Assembly (NCBI RefSeq): GCF_006345805.1
Contig: NC_042998.1
Span: forward strand, 152,892,001-152,956,000
Direction: 5' to 3'
DNA length: 64,000 nucleotides
Source of the DNA: Octopus sinensis
Lineage: Eukaryota
Both the position numbers and the translations under genes were made by a program. Under the pieces are notes generated by a model. The model did no database searches, was not told the origin of the DNA, and saw nothing but the letters and a program-made list of their open reading frames with translations. This document shows positions 38,969-52,430 of the stretch, piece after piece; the first letter of the stretch is position 1; each line of letters starts with the position of its first letter.

Positions 38969-39958
38969 CTAGTATTAAAGACCCGTCGTTTGCGGGTCGT
39001 AGTGCTAGTGCATGTATATATGTGTATATATATGTGTACATATTACATGTACATCTATATATATACATCTACACATAAAATACAAAATACAAAGTTATAC
39101 CTTGATATTGCTAGTGATAACAATACTCAAAATATATAACAGACTGGAATTGTTAGCCCGTCTCTTGTAATTTCAATCAATTGTATCTTGTCCTCCCTCT
39201 TGTATAGAAGTGTGGCTGCAATCCAGCCTACTTCTACTTCGGGCCGGGGGGGGGGATTTTAAATTTTTATGGTAAAAATAAAATATTTCCACTTTGCGAG
39301 TTCGAGTCGAGTACTCCCTTGCATGCTCCGTTGACTCAAACCTTGCTTGTAATGTGGTGAATTTACCGCCTCTGATTAGATATCTTTCATAGTCGCACCA
39401 AGACACTTTGCGAAGGTGCTTTCCTCCATGTGTTCAAATCTTCTTTTTTCTCCACATTGTATACTTTATAGACAATAGTCTTTTCTTTAATTTAATTTTT
39501 TATTATCCATCTGGACTATTCCATTTCTGCACACTAATTTTATTTTTAATCTATTCCCATTCATGTGAAACCACTTCTTCAAGTTCAAGTCAATGATGCA
39601 ATTTTATACCAATTGCTATTTTTACTTTTGTTATGTTACGATTATATTATACTTTAGTTTGATTTTAATTATTACTTACTACATATAATTCAATTGTTAT
39701 TATTATTTTTATTGTTAAAGTGAAAGTATCTGACATAAAATAGAGAAATGTTTTTGTTTCACTTTTAACATGTAATACTGAAATAGTGGAGAAGATATGA
39801 TATTGTTATGGGCTCGCTCTAGGCAAGAAGTTGAACATTTTTTTTGCCCATGAAACTACATGGACCCCATGTGTAAAATTTAAATGAAATTGGTTGTGTA
39901 GTTCTCAAGTTTTAGGGAAACACACAGACACACATTCTCAGTTTTTTATACGTAAAGA
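38969..39958 (-). mobile_element. Non-autonomous Helitron (990 bp)
   Basis: 5' A|TCTTTACGTATAAAAAACTGAGAATG; 3' hairpin GACCCG/CGGGTC (38980-38998), then TTTAATA-CTAG|T. Confidence 0.85.
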
Positions 39959-39964
39959 TATATA

Positions 39965-41113
39965 TACACTCAAAACATGTTTTTATTTATCTATCTATTT
40001 TATCTACTTCCATTTCTCCACCGTCCCTTTATTTATTTTGCCCGTCTAAGTCCTCGCTCTCTTGTCTATCAACCTTTGCGTATTCCTTTATTAATTTTGC
40101 CCGTCCAAATCCTTGCTCTCTCGTCTATCAACCTTCGCCATCTTGAAGTTTGTTTCTTTAGTACACTTCCGCCTTGTCTAAAAATTCCCCTTCCGGTCAA
40201 CTTTACTTAAAAGGCAACCCCACACGTGCTCTATCTCATTCACCTAGCAGCTATATCCTGAGTACAGATAAGTTGAAAACTTATTTTCACTTCTCGACCA
40301 ATCATACTACACTCAAAACATGTTTTTATCTATCTATCTATTTTATCTACTTCCATTTCTCCACCGTCCCTTTATTTATTTTGCCCGTCTAAGTCCTCGC
40401 TCTCTCGTCTATCAACCTTTGCGTATTCCTTTATTAATTTTGCCTGTCCAAATCCTCGTTCTCTCGTCTATCAACCTTCGCCATCTTGAAGTTTGTTTCT
40501 TTAGTACACTTCCGCCTTGTCTAAAAATTCCCCTTCCGGTCAACTTTACTTAAAAGGCAATCCCACACATGCTCTATCTCATTCACCTAGCAGCTATATC
40601 CTGAGTACAGATAGGTTGAAAACTTATTTTCACTTCTCGACCAATCATACTACACTCAAAACATGTTTTTATCTATCTATCTATTTTATCTACTTCCATT
40701 TCTCCACCGTCCCTTTATTTATTTTGCACGTCTAAGTCCTCGCTCTCTCGTCTATCAACCTTTGCGTATTCCTTTATTAATTTTGCCTGTCCAAATCCTC
40801 GCTCTCTCGTCTATCAACCTTCGCCATCTTGAAGTTTGTTTCTTTAGTACACTTCCGCCTTGTCTAAAAATTCCCCTTCCGGTCAACTTTACTTAAAAGG
40901 CAACCCCACACGTGCTCTATCTCATTCACCTAGCAGCTATATCCTGAGTACAGATAAGTTGAAAACTTATTTTCACTTCTCGACCAATCATACTACACTC
41001 AAAACATGTTTTTATCTATCTATCTATTTTATCTACTTCCATTTCTCCACCGTCCCTTTATTTATTTTGCCCGTCTAAGTCCTCGCTCTCTCGTCTATCA
41101 ACCTTTGCGTATT
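39965..41113. repeat. Tandem repeat, 343-bp unit, ~3.3 near-identical copies
   Basis: Period confirmed by identical ORF starts at 39977, 40320, 40663 and 41006. Confidence 0.95.
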
Positions 41114-41677
41114 CGCGGTGAACCCGCCCTTGCCCACCCCCACCACCAATACCGGATATCTCTATATTTTTGCTCCATCTATACCGGATGTCGCTTCTCC
41201 CACCACCATTATAGGTGTCTACTCTTCGAACATCCCTCTTCAATACGCTATTTCACCATGCATTACCCCTCTCGTGATATCCTACGTAATACTTGTCTAG
41301 AACCTGTCATCGTTTCTCCGAACACCCCCTTCCACTGGTGCTTCCCTATATTTCTGCCCCCCCCCCCCACATAAAAAGCACCATCCGAACGTGGCCGATG
41401 CCAGCACCGCCCCACTGGCTTCTGTGCAGGTGGCACATAAAAAGCACCAACCGACCGTGGCCGATGCCAGACCCCTCTGGCACCTGTGCAGGTGGCACGT
41501 AAAAAGCACCCACTACACTCGTGGAGTGGTTGGCGTTAGGAAGGGCATCCAGCTGTAGAAACACTGCCAGACCAGACTGGAGCCTGGGGCAGCCCCTGGC
41601 TCCCCAGACCCCGGTCGAAACCGTCCAACCCGTGCTAGCGCGAAAAACGGACGTTAAACGATGATGATGATGATGAT
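41114..41677 (+). mobile_element. Unknown 235-bp segment X fused to an RTE 3' UTR
   Basis: The same X-RTE junction (cccccacataaaaagcaccatccg) occurs inverted at 54458-54950. Confidence 0.75.
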
Positions 41678-41708
41678 ATATATATCATATATATATATAT
41701 ATATATAT

Positions 41709-41742
<34 letters not shown>

Positions 41743-41746
41743 TATA

Positions 41747-41778
<32 letters not shown>

Positions 41779-42235
41779 GATATACATAAATACATGCATA
41801 CATATATTTATATTTTTAATACAACAATTATTTTACATACGTATATATTTTTGTGAAGAATTTTCTAATACTGATTTCCTGATATTAATAATAATATATT
41901 ATAAAATATATATTTATTTTTATTTTATCTACTTTCAGCTCACGAGCTGTGGTCATGCTGGGGCACCACCATCGTATATATGTATATATTATATATATCA
42001 CATATATATATATATATATATATTCAGATAACCGAAGAGATGGTGTTGTGGATTTCCACCTCGGCATCCGAAACTCAGTGTTTGATCTTGGCTATTGAAT
42101 AATTGTCACAAATTATCTTACAGATAAATTTCCTCTATTTACATAATATTGAGGTCTCTTTCTTTCTTTTGTTATCTTACCGTTTTTACCAATATATATA
42201 TAAATATATATATATTTTAGATATATGTATACATT

Positions 42236-42710
42236 ATCATCATCATTGTTTAACGTCCGTTCTCCATGCTAGCATGGGTTGGACGGTTCGACCGGGGATC
42301 TGGGAAGCCAGAAGGCTGCACATGGCTCTAGTCTTATCTGGCAATGTTTCTACAGCTGGATGCCCTTCCTAATGCCAACCACTCCGTGAGTGTAGTGGGT
42401 GCTTTTTACGTGCCACCTGCACAGGTGCCAGGCCGCGCTGGCATCGGCCACGATTCGGATAGTGCTTTTTACGTACCAGCAGTCCAGGGGTCCTGGCATC
42501 TGCCGGGTGCCAGTCATAGGATTGGTTCAATTTCGATTTCACTTGCCCCAACAGGTCTTCGCAAGGGGGGTTGGCATGGGTGCCTGTCGTCGGATGAGGT
42601 TTGATATCGACTTCGCTTGCTTCAACAGGTCTTTGTGTGTCCAAGGGAGGAAAGGCATGCATAAGTGGGCTGGACTCACTTGTCCTGCCTGGTCTTCTCA
42701 TGCACAGTTT
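42236..42710 (-). mobile_element. RTE 3'-UTR fragment
   Basis: Terminal block plus one VNTR unit and the gaagacctgttg..gcaagtg motif. Confidence 0.8.
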
Positions 42711-42739
42711 ATTTTTATGATATATTATATGTATCATAT

Positions 42740-45700
42740 ATGATGGCCGTCCACTCGTGACCGAGGAAGACCATTGCCGACCTTCAGGAACATTGTTTAT
42801 GCTAAGACTAACTTATATTTTGCATTTGTGGCTCCGTTGGTAGCTAATGAGCCCTGCTATTGACAAGCATACATGGCTGCAAACATTGCAGACCAAGCTT
42901 TCCCCATTCACTATACGAGCCGTGCACTTTCGCGCAGATCATTTAAATTCTTCATGCTGGATACATGCTCTCTCAAAAGTGTCGATCCCCTCCTTAACCT
43001 GCTTCCTCCATCTGTGGCGATGACAGGCATTGTTCTCCCAGTTAGTGTCCTGCATATCACAGGCCTTTAATGAGGACTTGACACAGTCCTTAAATCGCAG
43101 CCTTGGTTTCTGCTGGAGTCTCCTTCCATTCACATGTTCTCCATAGAGCATCTGCTTAGGAATCCTGCTATCCTTCATTCTTATAAGGTATCCAGTCCAA
43201 CGTAACCGGTGCTTGTGCACCATCGCCCCAATACTCAAGATATCAGCAGTTCTCAGGACCTGTGTGTCTGGAATTTTTGAGGTCCAGCTAACATTGAGAA
43301 TGTGTTTGAGACATCTCTGATGAAAGCGTTCAAGGACCCTTACCTGACGTTTGTACAGAGTCCATGTATCACATGAGTAGTGGAGCGATGTCAGTACACA
43401 TGCACGGTACACGGCAACTTTTGTTCTCCTTGTGATGCCGTGTTGGGACCAGACACAAGACTGAAGAGATATTTCAACCTGAAAGATATTTCCTCATCCA
43501 GGGAGCAACAACGGCTGCGTGTGCTGCCCAGGTAGACAAACTTGTCTACTACCTTCAGAATTGTTCCTTCAACCAAGACAGCTGGTTCCATATATGGATT
43601 TCCTGGTGCAGGCTGGAACATTACAACAATCTTGTCCAGGCTAATGCTGAGAAGAAGCAGAAATGCAATTCATGAGTATTTGCATGTCATCCACTGTATG
43701 AGTGACTAAGTCACAGTCAACTGCATAAAGGAGGTCACGAATAATAGACTGGGAAACCTTTGAATTGGCAGCAAATCGGCGAAGATTAAAGAAGTGACCA
43801 GAAGATTGATATCTGACATATATTCCCAGAGAGCTAACCTTAGCAAAAGCATGAGTAAAAGCAGCAGCAAAGTACAAAGAAAAGAGAGTTGGGGTAAGGA
43901 TGTCACTCTTGACACCATTCTCTACAGGAATGGGTCCCGCTATGGCACCACCAACATTGACCCAAGCCTCCATCTCCTCATGAAATGATTTAATTACAGA
44001 TACAGAGTGATCCGAACATCCAAGTATGCCAAGTATTTTCCATAGAAAGGCCCTATTTACAGTATCGAAGGCCTTTGTTAAATCAATGAATACCTGGACA
44101 AGATCCATATTCTGCTCATAGCACTTCTCCTGCATCTGTCTTGCTGTGAAAATAATATCCATTGTCCCTCTACCAGATCGGAAGCCACATTGAGATTCAG
44201 ATAGGACATCATTTACGAGACACCCATTCAGACAGGTAAGAAGAATATTTGCCAGAACCTTGCCAGCAGCTGATAGAGCAATATCTCTTTAGTTACCACA
44301 CATTGCTCTGGCTGCTTTTCCTTTATATAGAGGAAGAATAATTGCATCCTTCCAGTCCTTAGGGATTGCACCATCCCTCCAGACTGCACTAATAAGTTCA
44401 TGAAGGGACTGTGTGGTGTAATTACCATTAAATCGCAAGACCTCAGCACAAATTCCATCCTTTCCAGGTGCCCTACCAAGATTCAATTTACTTATTGATG
44501 TCATTACTTCATCTATTGAGGGCGGGGAGTCTAAGGAGCCAATGATAGGTCTTTGTTGCATAGTATCAATCACTGTCTCATTCACAACTGACTCATGGTT
44601 TAGGAGTTCAGAGAAGTGTTCGATCCAGCGACCTGTAATTTCTGTTGATTTAGTAAACAGAGTGGAAGATTCCTTGGAAAGCAAAGGAGCTGATGTGGAG
44701 CTCTTAGGTCCATAAGCTCACTTCATAAGATGGTAAAGCTTCTTGCTGTCATTTGCATCAGCAGTAGCCTGAACATCATGAGCAAGATCCCCCCACCAAG
44801 TGTTCTGCATCTTCCTGAGAGATCGCTTCAGTAGTGATTTTACAAAATGAGTGCTTGCAATGTAAAGTCCATGTTCTTCGCAAAGCTCCAGTAGCATGAG
44901 ACCATTGCTATTCATTTTCCCTACTCCAAAACATCCTAGAGAGTTCCATGTTTACCAGTCTGTTCCAACCCTGGCATTAAAATCCCCCAGTAGAATGACT
45001 TTATCAGAATTGGGGATTTTTCTAAGTATGGCTCTCAGTTGGGTATAAAAGATTGTTTTATCTTCATCACAGCTAGTCAAAGTAGGAGCATAGGCACTTA
45101 TTAGAGTAGCATACCGCTTACCTTTCAAGTGCGACCGTAGCGTCATTATACTTTCATTTATAGGAACAGGGAGCTCTTCCAACTTCTTAAGGATATCAGA
45201 TCGGACTGCAAAACCAACACCAGCCTCTCTGTGCTCCTCCTTCTGCCTTCCTTTCCAAAAAAAGGTGTATCCACCTCCTACCTCCTCAAGCTGACCATCA
45301 CCTTCTATACGAGTCTCTGAGAGTGCAGCTATATCAATTTTATAATGGTTCAGCACACGAGCAACAAGTGCAGTGCATCTTTCAGGCCTGCAATCACTCT
45401 TGTTGTTCAACAGAGTGCGCACGTTCCAACATGAAATGTTTAAGTTCTGTCCAGATTTTATAGATAAAAGACTCTTTGTTTTTCAAGTGCAGGGTGGACA
45501 TTCGTTGGTCACACTCAACTGACCAGATATGGAAAGACAGACAATTTTTGGTTCACCTTTTCTAGAACCTCCCCGGTCTCCGGGTGAACAGTGCCCTCTC
45601 CAAATGGAGCTGCTCAGACACCCATGCAGCAACCGAATCCTACCGCTGTCTTGGGCAACAAGGAGACGACTTTATATCTAGCATGGGCCGCCTTCATGCA

Positions 45701-46390
45701 GGTCGCTGACTACATGCTTCCAACCCGTCAGGTCTGCATGCTTCACCACCTTCCCATCACCGCAGGACTTCCGAATAAAAAAAAATTAAAATATATACGG
45801 AAAATGAAGAAAATATATACTAAAAATAAGATAAAATATATATATATATAGAAGAAAAAAAATGCACATATCGAGCAGAGGTCGGCAAAGTCTGTGCAGA
45901 GTTTTAGGTCCAATAAGGCTTGCACAACACCTCATAGACCCTCTCCACTTTATTGGCATTATCTAGAGACAAGCCGGAGCAAGATGTCTGGTGCCAATAT
46001 GAGTCGCAGGCTCAGGGATGTGGGAGCGCCGTGATCTCTAGCACAAACCAAAGATTCCCAAAATGTCCAATGCCATTCCCTGCATATCTGGTTTTATATC
46101 AGAGTGGCCTTCTCCTAGAGATATGGTTTAACAAAAGCTGAGTGGTGCCTCACTTCCAGTGGTCTTTCAGCATGCCGGACACCATCCCAGAATTTCTGTG
46201 TACCTGTGCTAACATTTATTGGATGGCCGCTGACTCTCAAGAGGTCCTCCGCCTTTTGACGGGTTTTTGTTTTTCATCCTCCTCACCAAGCAAGCTTGGT
46301 GGGGTTGCCGATTTAGTCGCCGAGGACCCGACCATGCAACAGGTTGTACTGGGTTACATGTTACCAGTAGCACTCGAAAGTGACCTGACA
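42740..46390 (-). mobile_element. RTE LINE, internally deleted family, copy B (longer 5' end)
   Basis: Collinear with 6407-9855 and shares its lesions. Extra RTE-type 5' UTR at 46200-46390. Confidence 0.92.
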
Positions 46391-46431
46391 CTATAGATAT
46401 ATGTATACATTATATATATCATATATATACA

Positions 46432-46483
<52 letters not shown>

Positions 46484-46486
46484 CAT

Positions 46487-46540
<54 letters not shown>

Positions 46541-46542
46541 AA

Positions 46543-47657
46543 CTAGCTTAAGGTGACCTGCTCTTTGCGTGGGTGAGAGTGTGGTTGTTACTTTCTGTTT
46601 CTTATCGCTACATTCTCCCTCCTTGTTTCTCTCTCCTTTCTCTCTCTCTTTCCTACTCTCCTACTCTTGCTTTCTCTCGGACTATCCCTCTCTATCTTTC
46701 ACTATCTATCTATTTCTCTCTCATTTATAAAAAACAAAAGATCTTGAGTAAGATGAGAAAGAAAATATTTTGAAAGATCAATCATAAATATTAGGCAGTG
46801 ACAACGGAAAGCACATTTGCCTTTTGTACATGCCACTAATTGAGCGATTAAAAATAAGGAAAAAAAGATTTGTTAAATTTAGTACTTATTTTGGGAATTT
46901 TTCAACAACTGACCATGCAAATGAAAGCTCTAAACACAGGCTACATGCAGCTGTAAATTTCTTTCAGAAAAAATGAAAACTGTAAACAATAAAGTATAAA
47001 AGGCAAAAATATGTAAAAATGAGAAATTTTTTTTAACTTCAAAAATCTTGCCTTAGTTTTCAAAATTTTGAGCCCATTTTCCACACTTATATTACAAATC
47101 CGCTTCCACTTTACCATGTTGAAAATTTGATTGAAATCAGGCAAAAGATGTCCAATCTAGATCCCCAAGTGTCCCCAAAAATCAATAACATACCCATTTT
47201 CACAGCAAAGCAACCACTGTAACGCCCCCAAAATGTCTCCCAATCAATTTCTCACCTCAAGTTACCCCCCTCTTGTAAATTTTAATCCCCTCCAGCCCAT
47301 TTAGACCCCATTTTACATAAAAATCCAATTTGTATCAACATTCGCCTTCTTCATTTTATAGATTAAAGATAACTGCCTCTAGCCCCTGCAGCAACACGAA
47401 ACGCCACCATTATTCGAACATCATAACCTGTCTATCCCATAAAACTAAATTTTTCCCATATTCCTCAGCATGGCAACCAAACAGTAGCCCTGAGCGACTT
47501 TTGACCCTCCTCACACCATTGCCCACCCCATTTTACCCGCCAGTGTAAATTTTGGTGCCCATCCGACCCCATCTTCCGCCCTTTAAACTGCTGCCATCCC
47601 AAAATGAAACAAATAACCAAGAAATCAAACAACTTTTTCGCATTTCAGCTTCATAGA
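46543..47657 (-). mobile_element. Non-autonomous Helitron, composite with two 5' ends
   Basis: 3' CTAG at 46543-46546 with an acc..gtgggt hairpin. 5' A|TCTAT starts at 47362 and at 47657. Confidence 0.75.
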
Positions 47658-47663
47658 TATTGA

Positions 47664-48148
47664 CTAGCTTAAGGTGACCCACTCTACGCGTGGGTGAGGG
47701 TGTGGTTGTCACTTTCTGTTGCTTCCTTTCTGTTTCTTATCACCACATTCTCCCTATTTGTTTCTCTCTCCTTTTCCCACTCTCTTACTCTTCCTTTCTC
47801 TCAGACTCTCCCTCGCTTTCTCTTACTCTCTATCTATCTGTCTCTCTCCCATTTATAAAAAAAAATTAGATTTCTGCGCTTAAATTACAAATCCGCTTCC
47901 ACTTTACCATGATGAAAATTTGATTGAAATCGGGCAAAAGGTGTCCAATCTAGACCACCAAGTGTCCCCAAAAATCAATAAAATCCCCGTTTTCACACCA
48001 AAGCAACCACTGTGGCACCCCAAAACGTCTCCCAATCAATTTCTCACCTCCCCCTCCTGTAAATTTTAATCTCCTTCCAGACCCATTTAGACCCCTTTTT
48101 ACATAAAAATCCAATTTGTATCAACATTCGCCTTCTTCATTTTATAGA
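47664..48148 (-). mobile_element. Non-autonomous Helitron (485 bp), head-to-tail with the previous element
   Basis: Hairpin ACCCAC-gcgtaga-GTGGGT, CTAG at 47664-47667, 5' A|TCTATAAAATGAAG. Confidence 0.8.
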
Positions 48149-48385
48149 TTAGACGAATATATCCGGCCTTGCTTGCGATTAAAATAGTTTATTATTATTT
48201 TACTTGTTTGGTATTATAACCCGATTTCAATTGGGTCTACGTGGGCCACATTTTAAAAGATGAGCAATTTTGCCCTAGAGGCCATGCCTTTCAAATGAGC
48301 AAACTCAAAGTTGCCATGCAAACTTGCTAGCACTTTTAACATAGGTGTGCATATTTTCAGCTCAATCCAACCACATATGCACACA
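48149..48385 (-). mobile_element. Degenerate Helitron remnant
   Basis: attagacgaatatatccggccttgcttgcg resembles the actag..cccggcgttgctcggg terminus at 4845. Confidence 0.4.
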
Positions 48386-48386
48386 T

Positions 48387-48473
<87 letters not shown>

Positions 48474-48476
48474 TCT

Positions 48477-50669
48477 GGCAGTGTCGGCTATAACCTAGTC
48501 ACCCGTATAGTCAACCAGGTGATACACGAAGGAGTCATACCCAATGACTGGTGTAGCAGCATACTAGTCAACTGCTACAAAGGTAAAGGTGATGCCCTGG
48601 ATACAAATAATTACAGAGGTATCAAGCTGTTGGATCAGGTAATGAAGGTTACGGAGAGGGTCATAGCCCAACTAATTAGAGAGATAGTTAGTTTAGATGA
48701 GATGCAGTTTGGGTTTGTCCCAGGGAAAAGCACCACTGATGCTATATTCCTGGTAAGGCAGCTGCAGGAGAAATACCTAGCCAAAGATAAGCCCCTGTAC
48801 CTGGCTTTCGTTGACATGGAGAAAGCCTTTGATAGGGTCCCCCGTTCCCTCATCTGGTGGTCAATGAGGAAACTAGGGATAGATGAATGGCTGGTGAGGG
48901 CTGTGCAAGCCATGTACAGAGATGCCGTAAGTAAGGTTAGAGTTGGCAGCGTGTACACAGAAGAATTCAAGGTAGAGGTTGGGGTCCACCAGGGTTCAGT
49001 ACTCAGCCCCCTCCTATTTATCATAGTCCTCCAGGCAATTGTGGAGGAATTCAAGACAGGTTGCCCCTGGGAGCTCCTCTATGCTGACGACCTCGCTCTA
49101 ATCGCTGAGTCACTATCAGAACTGGAGGAGAAGTTCCAGGTGTGGAAGGAGGGTTTAGAATCGAGGGGCCTTAGAGTCAACTAGCTAAAACCAAAGTACT
49201 AATAAGTAGAAAGTTAGAAAATCCACAAATATCCTCAGGAAGATGGCCCTGCTCGATCTGTAGAAAAGGTGTAGGTAGAAACTCTATAAGATGTACCCAG
49301 TGTAAGCTATGGACACATAAGAGGTGCAGCAATGTCAAAGGTAGGCTAACTGGGAAGATAGTTTTTGTATGTGGCAGATGCTCTGGAGCATTGACCTCCG
49401 AAAATCTGCAGAAAACAACTTCCGTCACTTTCCGGGGGGAAAAACTAGAAGTAGTTGATAGCTTCCGCTATCTAGGTGACCAAGTCAGTAGTGGGGGCGG
49501 GTGCGCTGAAAGTGTAACTGCTAGAATAAGAATAGCCTGGGCAAAGTTTAGGGAGCTCTTACCTCTGCTGGTGACTAAAGGCCTCTCGCTCAGAGTAAAA
49601 GGCAGACTGTATGATGCATGTGTACGAACAGCTATGCTACATGGCAGTGAAACATGGGCCGTGACTGCTGAGGACATGCGTAAGCTTGTGAGGAACGAAG
49701 CCAGTATGCTCCGATGGATGTGTAATGTCAGTGTACATACTCGACAGAGCGTTAGTACCTTGAGAGAAATGTTGTACCTAAGAAGCATCAGTTGTTGTGT
49801 GCAAGAGAGACGATTGCGCTGGTATGGTCATGTGGCGAGAATGGATAAAGATAGGTGTGTGAGAAAGTGCCAATCCCTAGCAGTTGAGGGAACCCGTGGA
49901 AGAGGTAGACCCAGGAAAACCTGGGACGAAGTGGTGAAGCACGACCTTCGGACGTTAGGTCTCACCATGGAAATGACTAGAGACCGAGACCTATGGAAGT
50001 ATGCTGTGCGTGAGAAGACCCGGCAAGACTAGTGAAGCCATAATCCATGGCCCCTACCTGGGACGTAGTCAGTCCACCTGTGCATACCTTCCTTCTTGTG
50101 ACACTTGTGAAGACCTGTTGAGGCAAGTGAGAATCGAATCGAATCGAATCAAATCAAATCAAATCGAACCAAATCAAAATAGATGAACATCAATGGAATT
50201 TGTATCCTTGTGGTACCAGTGCCGGTGGCACATAAGAAAACCATCCGAACGTGATCGTAGCCAGTACCGCAACGACTGGCCTCCGTGCTGAGGGCACGTA
50301 ACAAACACCATCCGAGCGTGGCCGTCCGCCAGCCCCGTCTGGCACCTGTGTCGGTGACACATAAGAAAACACCATCCGAGCGTGGCCGTCAGCCAGCCTC
50401 GTCTGGCACCTGTGTCGGTGGCACATAAAAAACACCATCCGAGCGTGGCCGTCTGCCAGCCTCGTCTGGCACCTGTGTTGGTGGCACATAAAATCACCCA
50501 CTACACTCTCGGAGTGGTTGGCGTTAGGAAGGGCATCCAGCTGTAGTAACACTGCCAGATCTGACTGGCCTGGTGCAGCCTTCGGGCTTGCCAGACCCCA
50601 GTTGAACCGTCCAACCCATGCTAGCATGGAAAGCGGACGTTAAACGATGATGATGATGATGATGATGAT
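48477..50669 (+). mobile_element. RTE LINE with PHD finger, 5'-truncated
   Basis: Close paralog of 12200-14440 in opposite orientation. Stop at 49182-49184, VNTR, (GAT)n tail. Confidence 0.93.
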
Positions 50670-50892
50670 ATATATATAATCCCCTGTATATATATATATA
50701 TATACATATGCATAAAATATGTACATATATACGCATTATATATACATGTCTACACACATATATATATATAAACAAACATATATATAAATATATACACTTT
50801 ATATATATACACACATAAATATATATGTATACACATTATATATATATTTATATACACACACATATATATAAATTAACACAATATATCTGATT

Positions 50893-51360
50893 AATACTAT
50901 CTTTTATGATTGTGCAATGGTAGTGGGCGATAATAATTCACGATTCTAAAAGACCTGTGGTGGGAATATTTAAACTTTTGCGGCTGTCAATGCTTTCTCT
51001 CTATAGATACAGACAGACGTACAGTAAGAGAGGTGGTAGGGGAAAGAGTGACAGAGAGACGGCGAAGCTGTCAAATGTCATTATAGAGAGAAAGTAATGG
51101 GAAGGAAGGAAAGAGAAGCTGGAGGAAGACAGGCTGATATGTGAAAGGGAGAAATGACAAACACATGTCAAAGTGTGACTTTTCTTACCCTAGTAACCAC
51201 AGCTTTTTAGATAGGGGTTTCTAACCTAGTCCACTCACTTCCTCCCCTCTTTTTACATGTCCCTGTAAATTTTGGAGCCAATCCGACCCATTTAGTGCCC
51301 CTTAACCTGCTCCAATCCCAAAATGAGACAAACAAGCTTTCCGTATTTCATCTTTATAGA
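50893..51360 (-). mobile_element. Degenerate Helitron-like element
   Basis: 5' end A|TCTATAAAGATGAAAT, and the 51230-51360 segment is homologous to 47520-47657. 3' end unclear. Confidence 0.5.
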
Positions 51361-52044
51361 TATTGATGAGCCAATGAGGGAGACCTCTACATGGTAGCCA
51401 AACCTGGTAGGAATAAGAGCCAAATCTCCCTCAAATCACACATTACTGTCTTATGTATGTATATATGTATGTATGAGCCAATAAGTGAGCCCTCTACATA
51501 ATAGCTAGATCTGGTAGAAATAGCAGCCAAATCTCCTTCAAGACACCCTATTGTCTTATGTATGTAATTACGAATATATAAACAGTTCTTTGACTTTTTG
51601 CATTTGATGACTGTTGCTTTAATTTAGATAATCGTATTGAGCCTTCTACATATAGAGAGATGGGGACAGAGAGGGAGATAGAGAGCAGAAAGAAGAGATA
51701 CAGCATAGCAACGGTTTTGGTTGACTGTCATCCTGTAATCTGCTTGTTGCCAGTGAAATGGTATGTGCTGGCTGTCTGAGCAACTTGTTGCTTTGAATGA
51801 AGAAATAGGACAAAAAGATAATAAAAATAGCAATTCTCACTTTGAAATTGACAATTTTGAAAATCTTTTGAGATTACAGAATACCCCGCACTCTCATGTA
51901 TCCATGTTTAATACTTCAGCGCAATCAGATGAACAATACTCGAGTTATAAGTGCACAGACAGACAGACAGAACGGGATTTATATACTAGATATGTTATAT
52001 ACATATATTATCATCATCATCATCATCATCATATATATATATAA

Positions 52045-52430
52045 AAATTGTTGACATGCAATGGCCCAGTTGTGAGGGGAGTGGACCTACTGTCGTAAAT
52101 TCACGGTTTTGATTCCCAGACTGGAGTTGTGAGTGTTTACTGAGCGAAAACACATAAAACTCTATGAGGATCTGGTAGTGGGTGGTGGCAACCCTGCCAT
52201 ACTCCTTCACCATAACTTTCTCTCACTCTTTCATTCTGTTTCTGTTGTACCTGTATTTCAAAAGGCCAGCCTCATCACACTCTGTGTCGTGCTCATTCTC
52301 CCTATTAACTACATTAAGAGTACACATATCTTTGGACAGCTCAGCACTTGCACATTAATTTCATGAGCAGACTGTTATGTTGATTGGATCATCTGGTACC
52401 CTCATCATAGCAACTGACAAAGTGCCTCCA
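52045..52430 (+). mobile_element. Second SINE family, degenerate
   Basis: tRNA-like head (atggcccagttg..ggttttgattccc) and a body unrelated to the 16031 SINE. Confidence 0.45.

Noticed and set aside
46255-46345. HDV-like ribozyme in the RTE 5' UTR (TCCTCG, GGCAAC, P4-like hairpin on the minus strand)
   Set aside because: I could not form P3/P1 in the required register or find the catalytic J4/2 GCNAA. It may merit a covariance search on the family consensus.
51624-52044. Short ORFs in apparently unique sequence
   Set aside because: No recognisable domain and no convincing splice-site pair.
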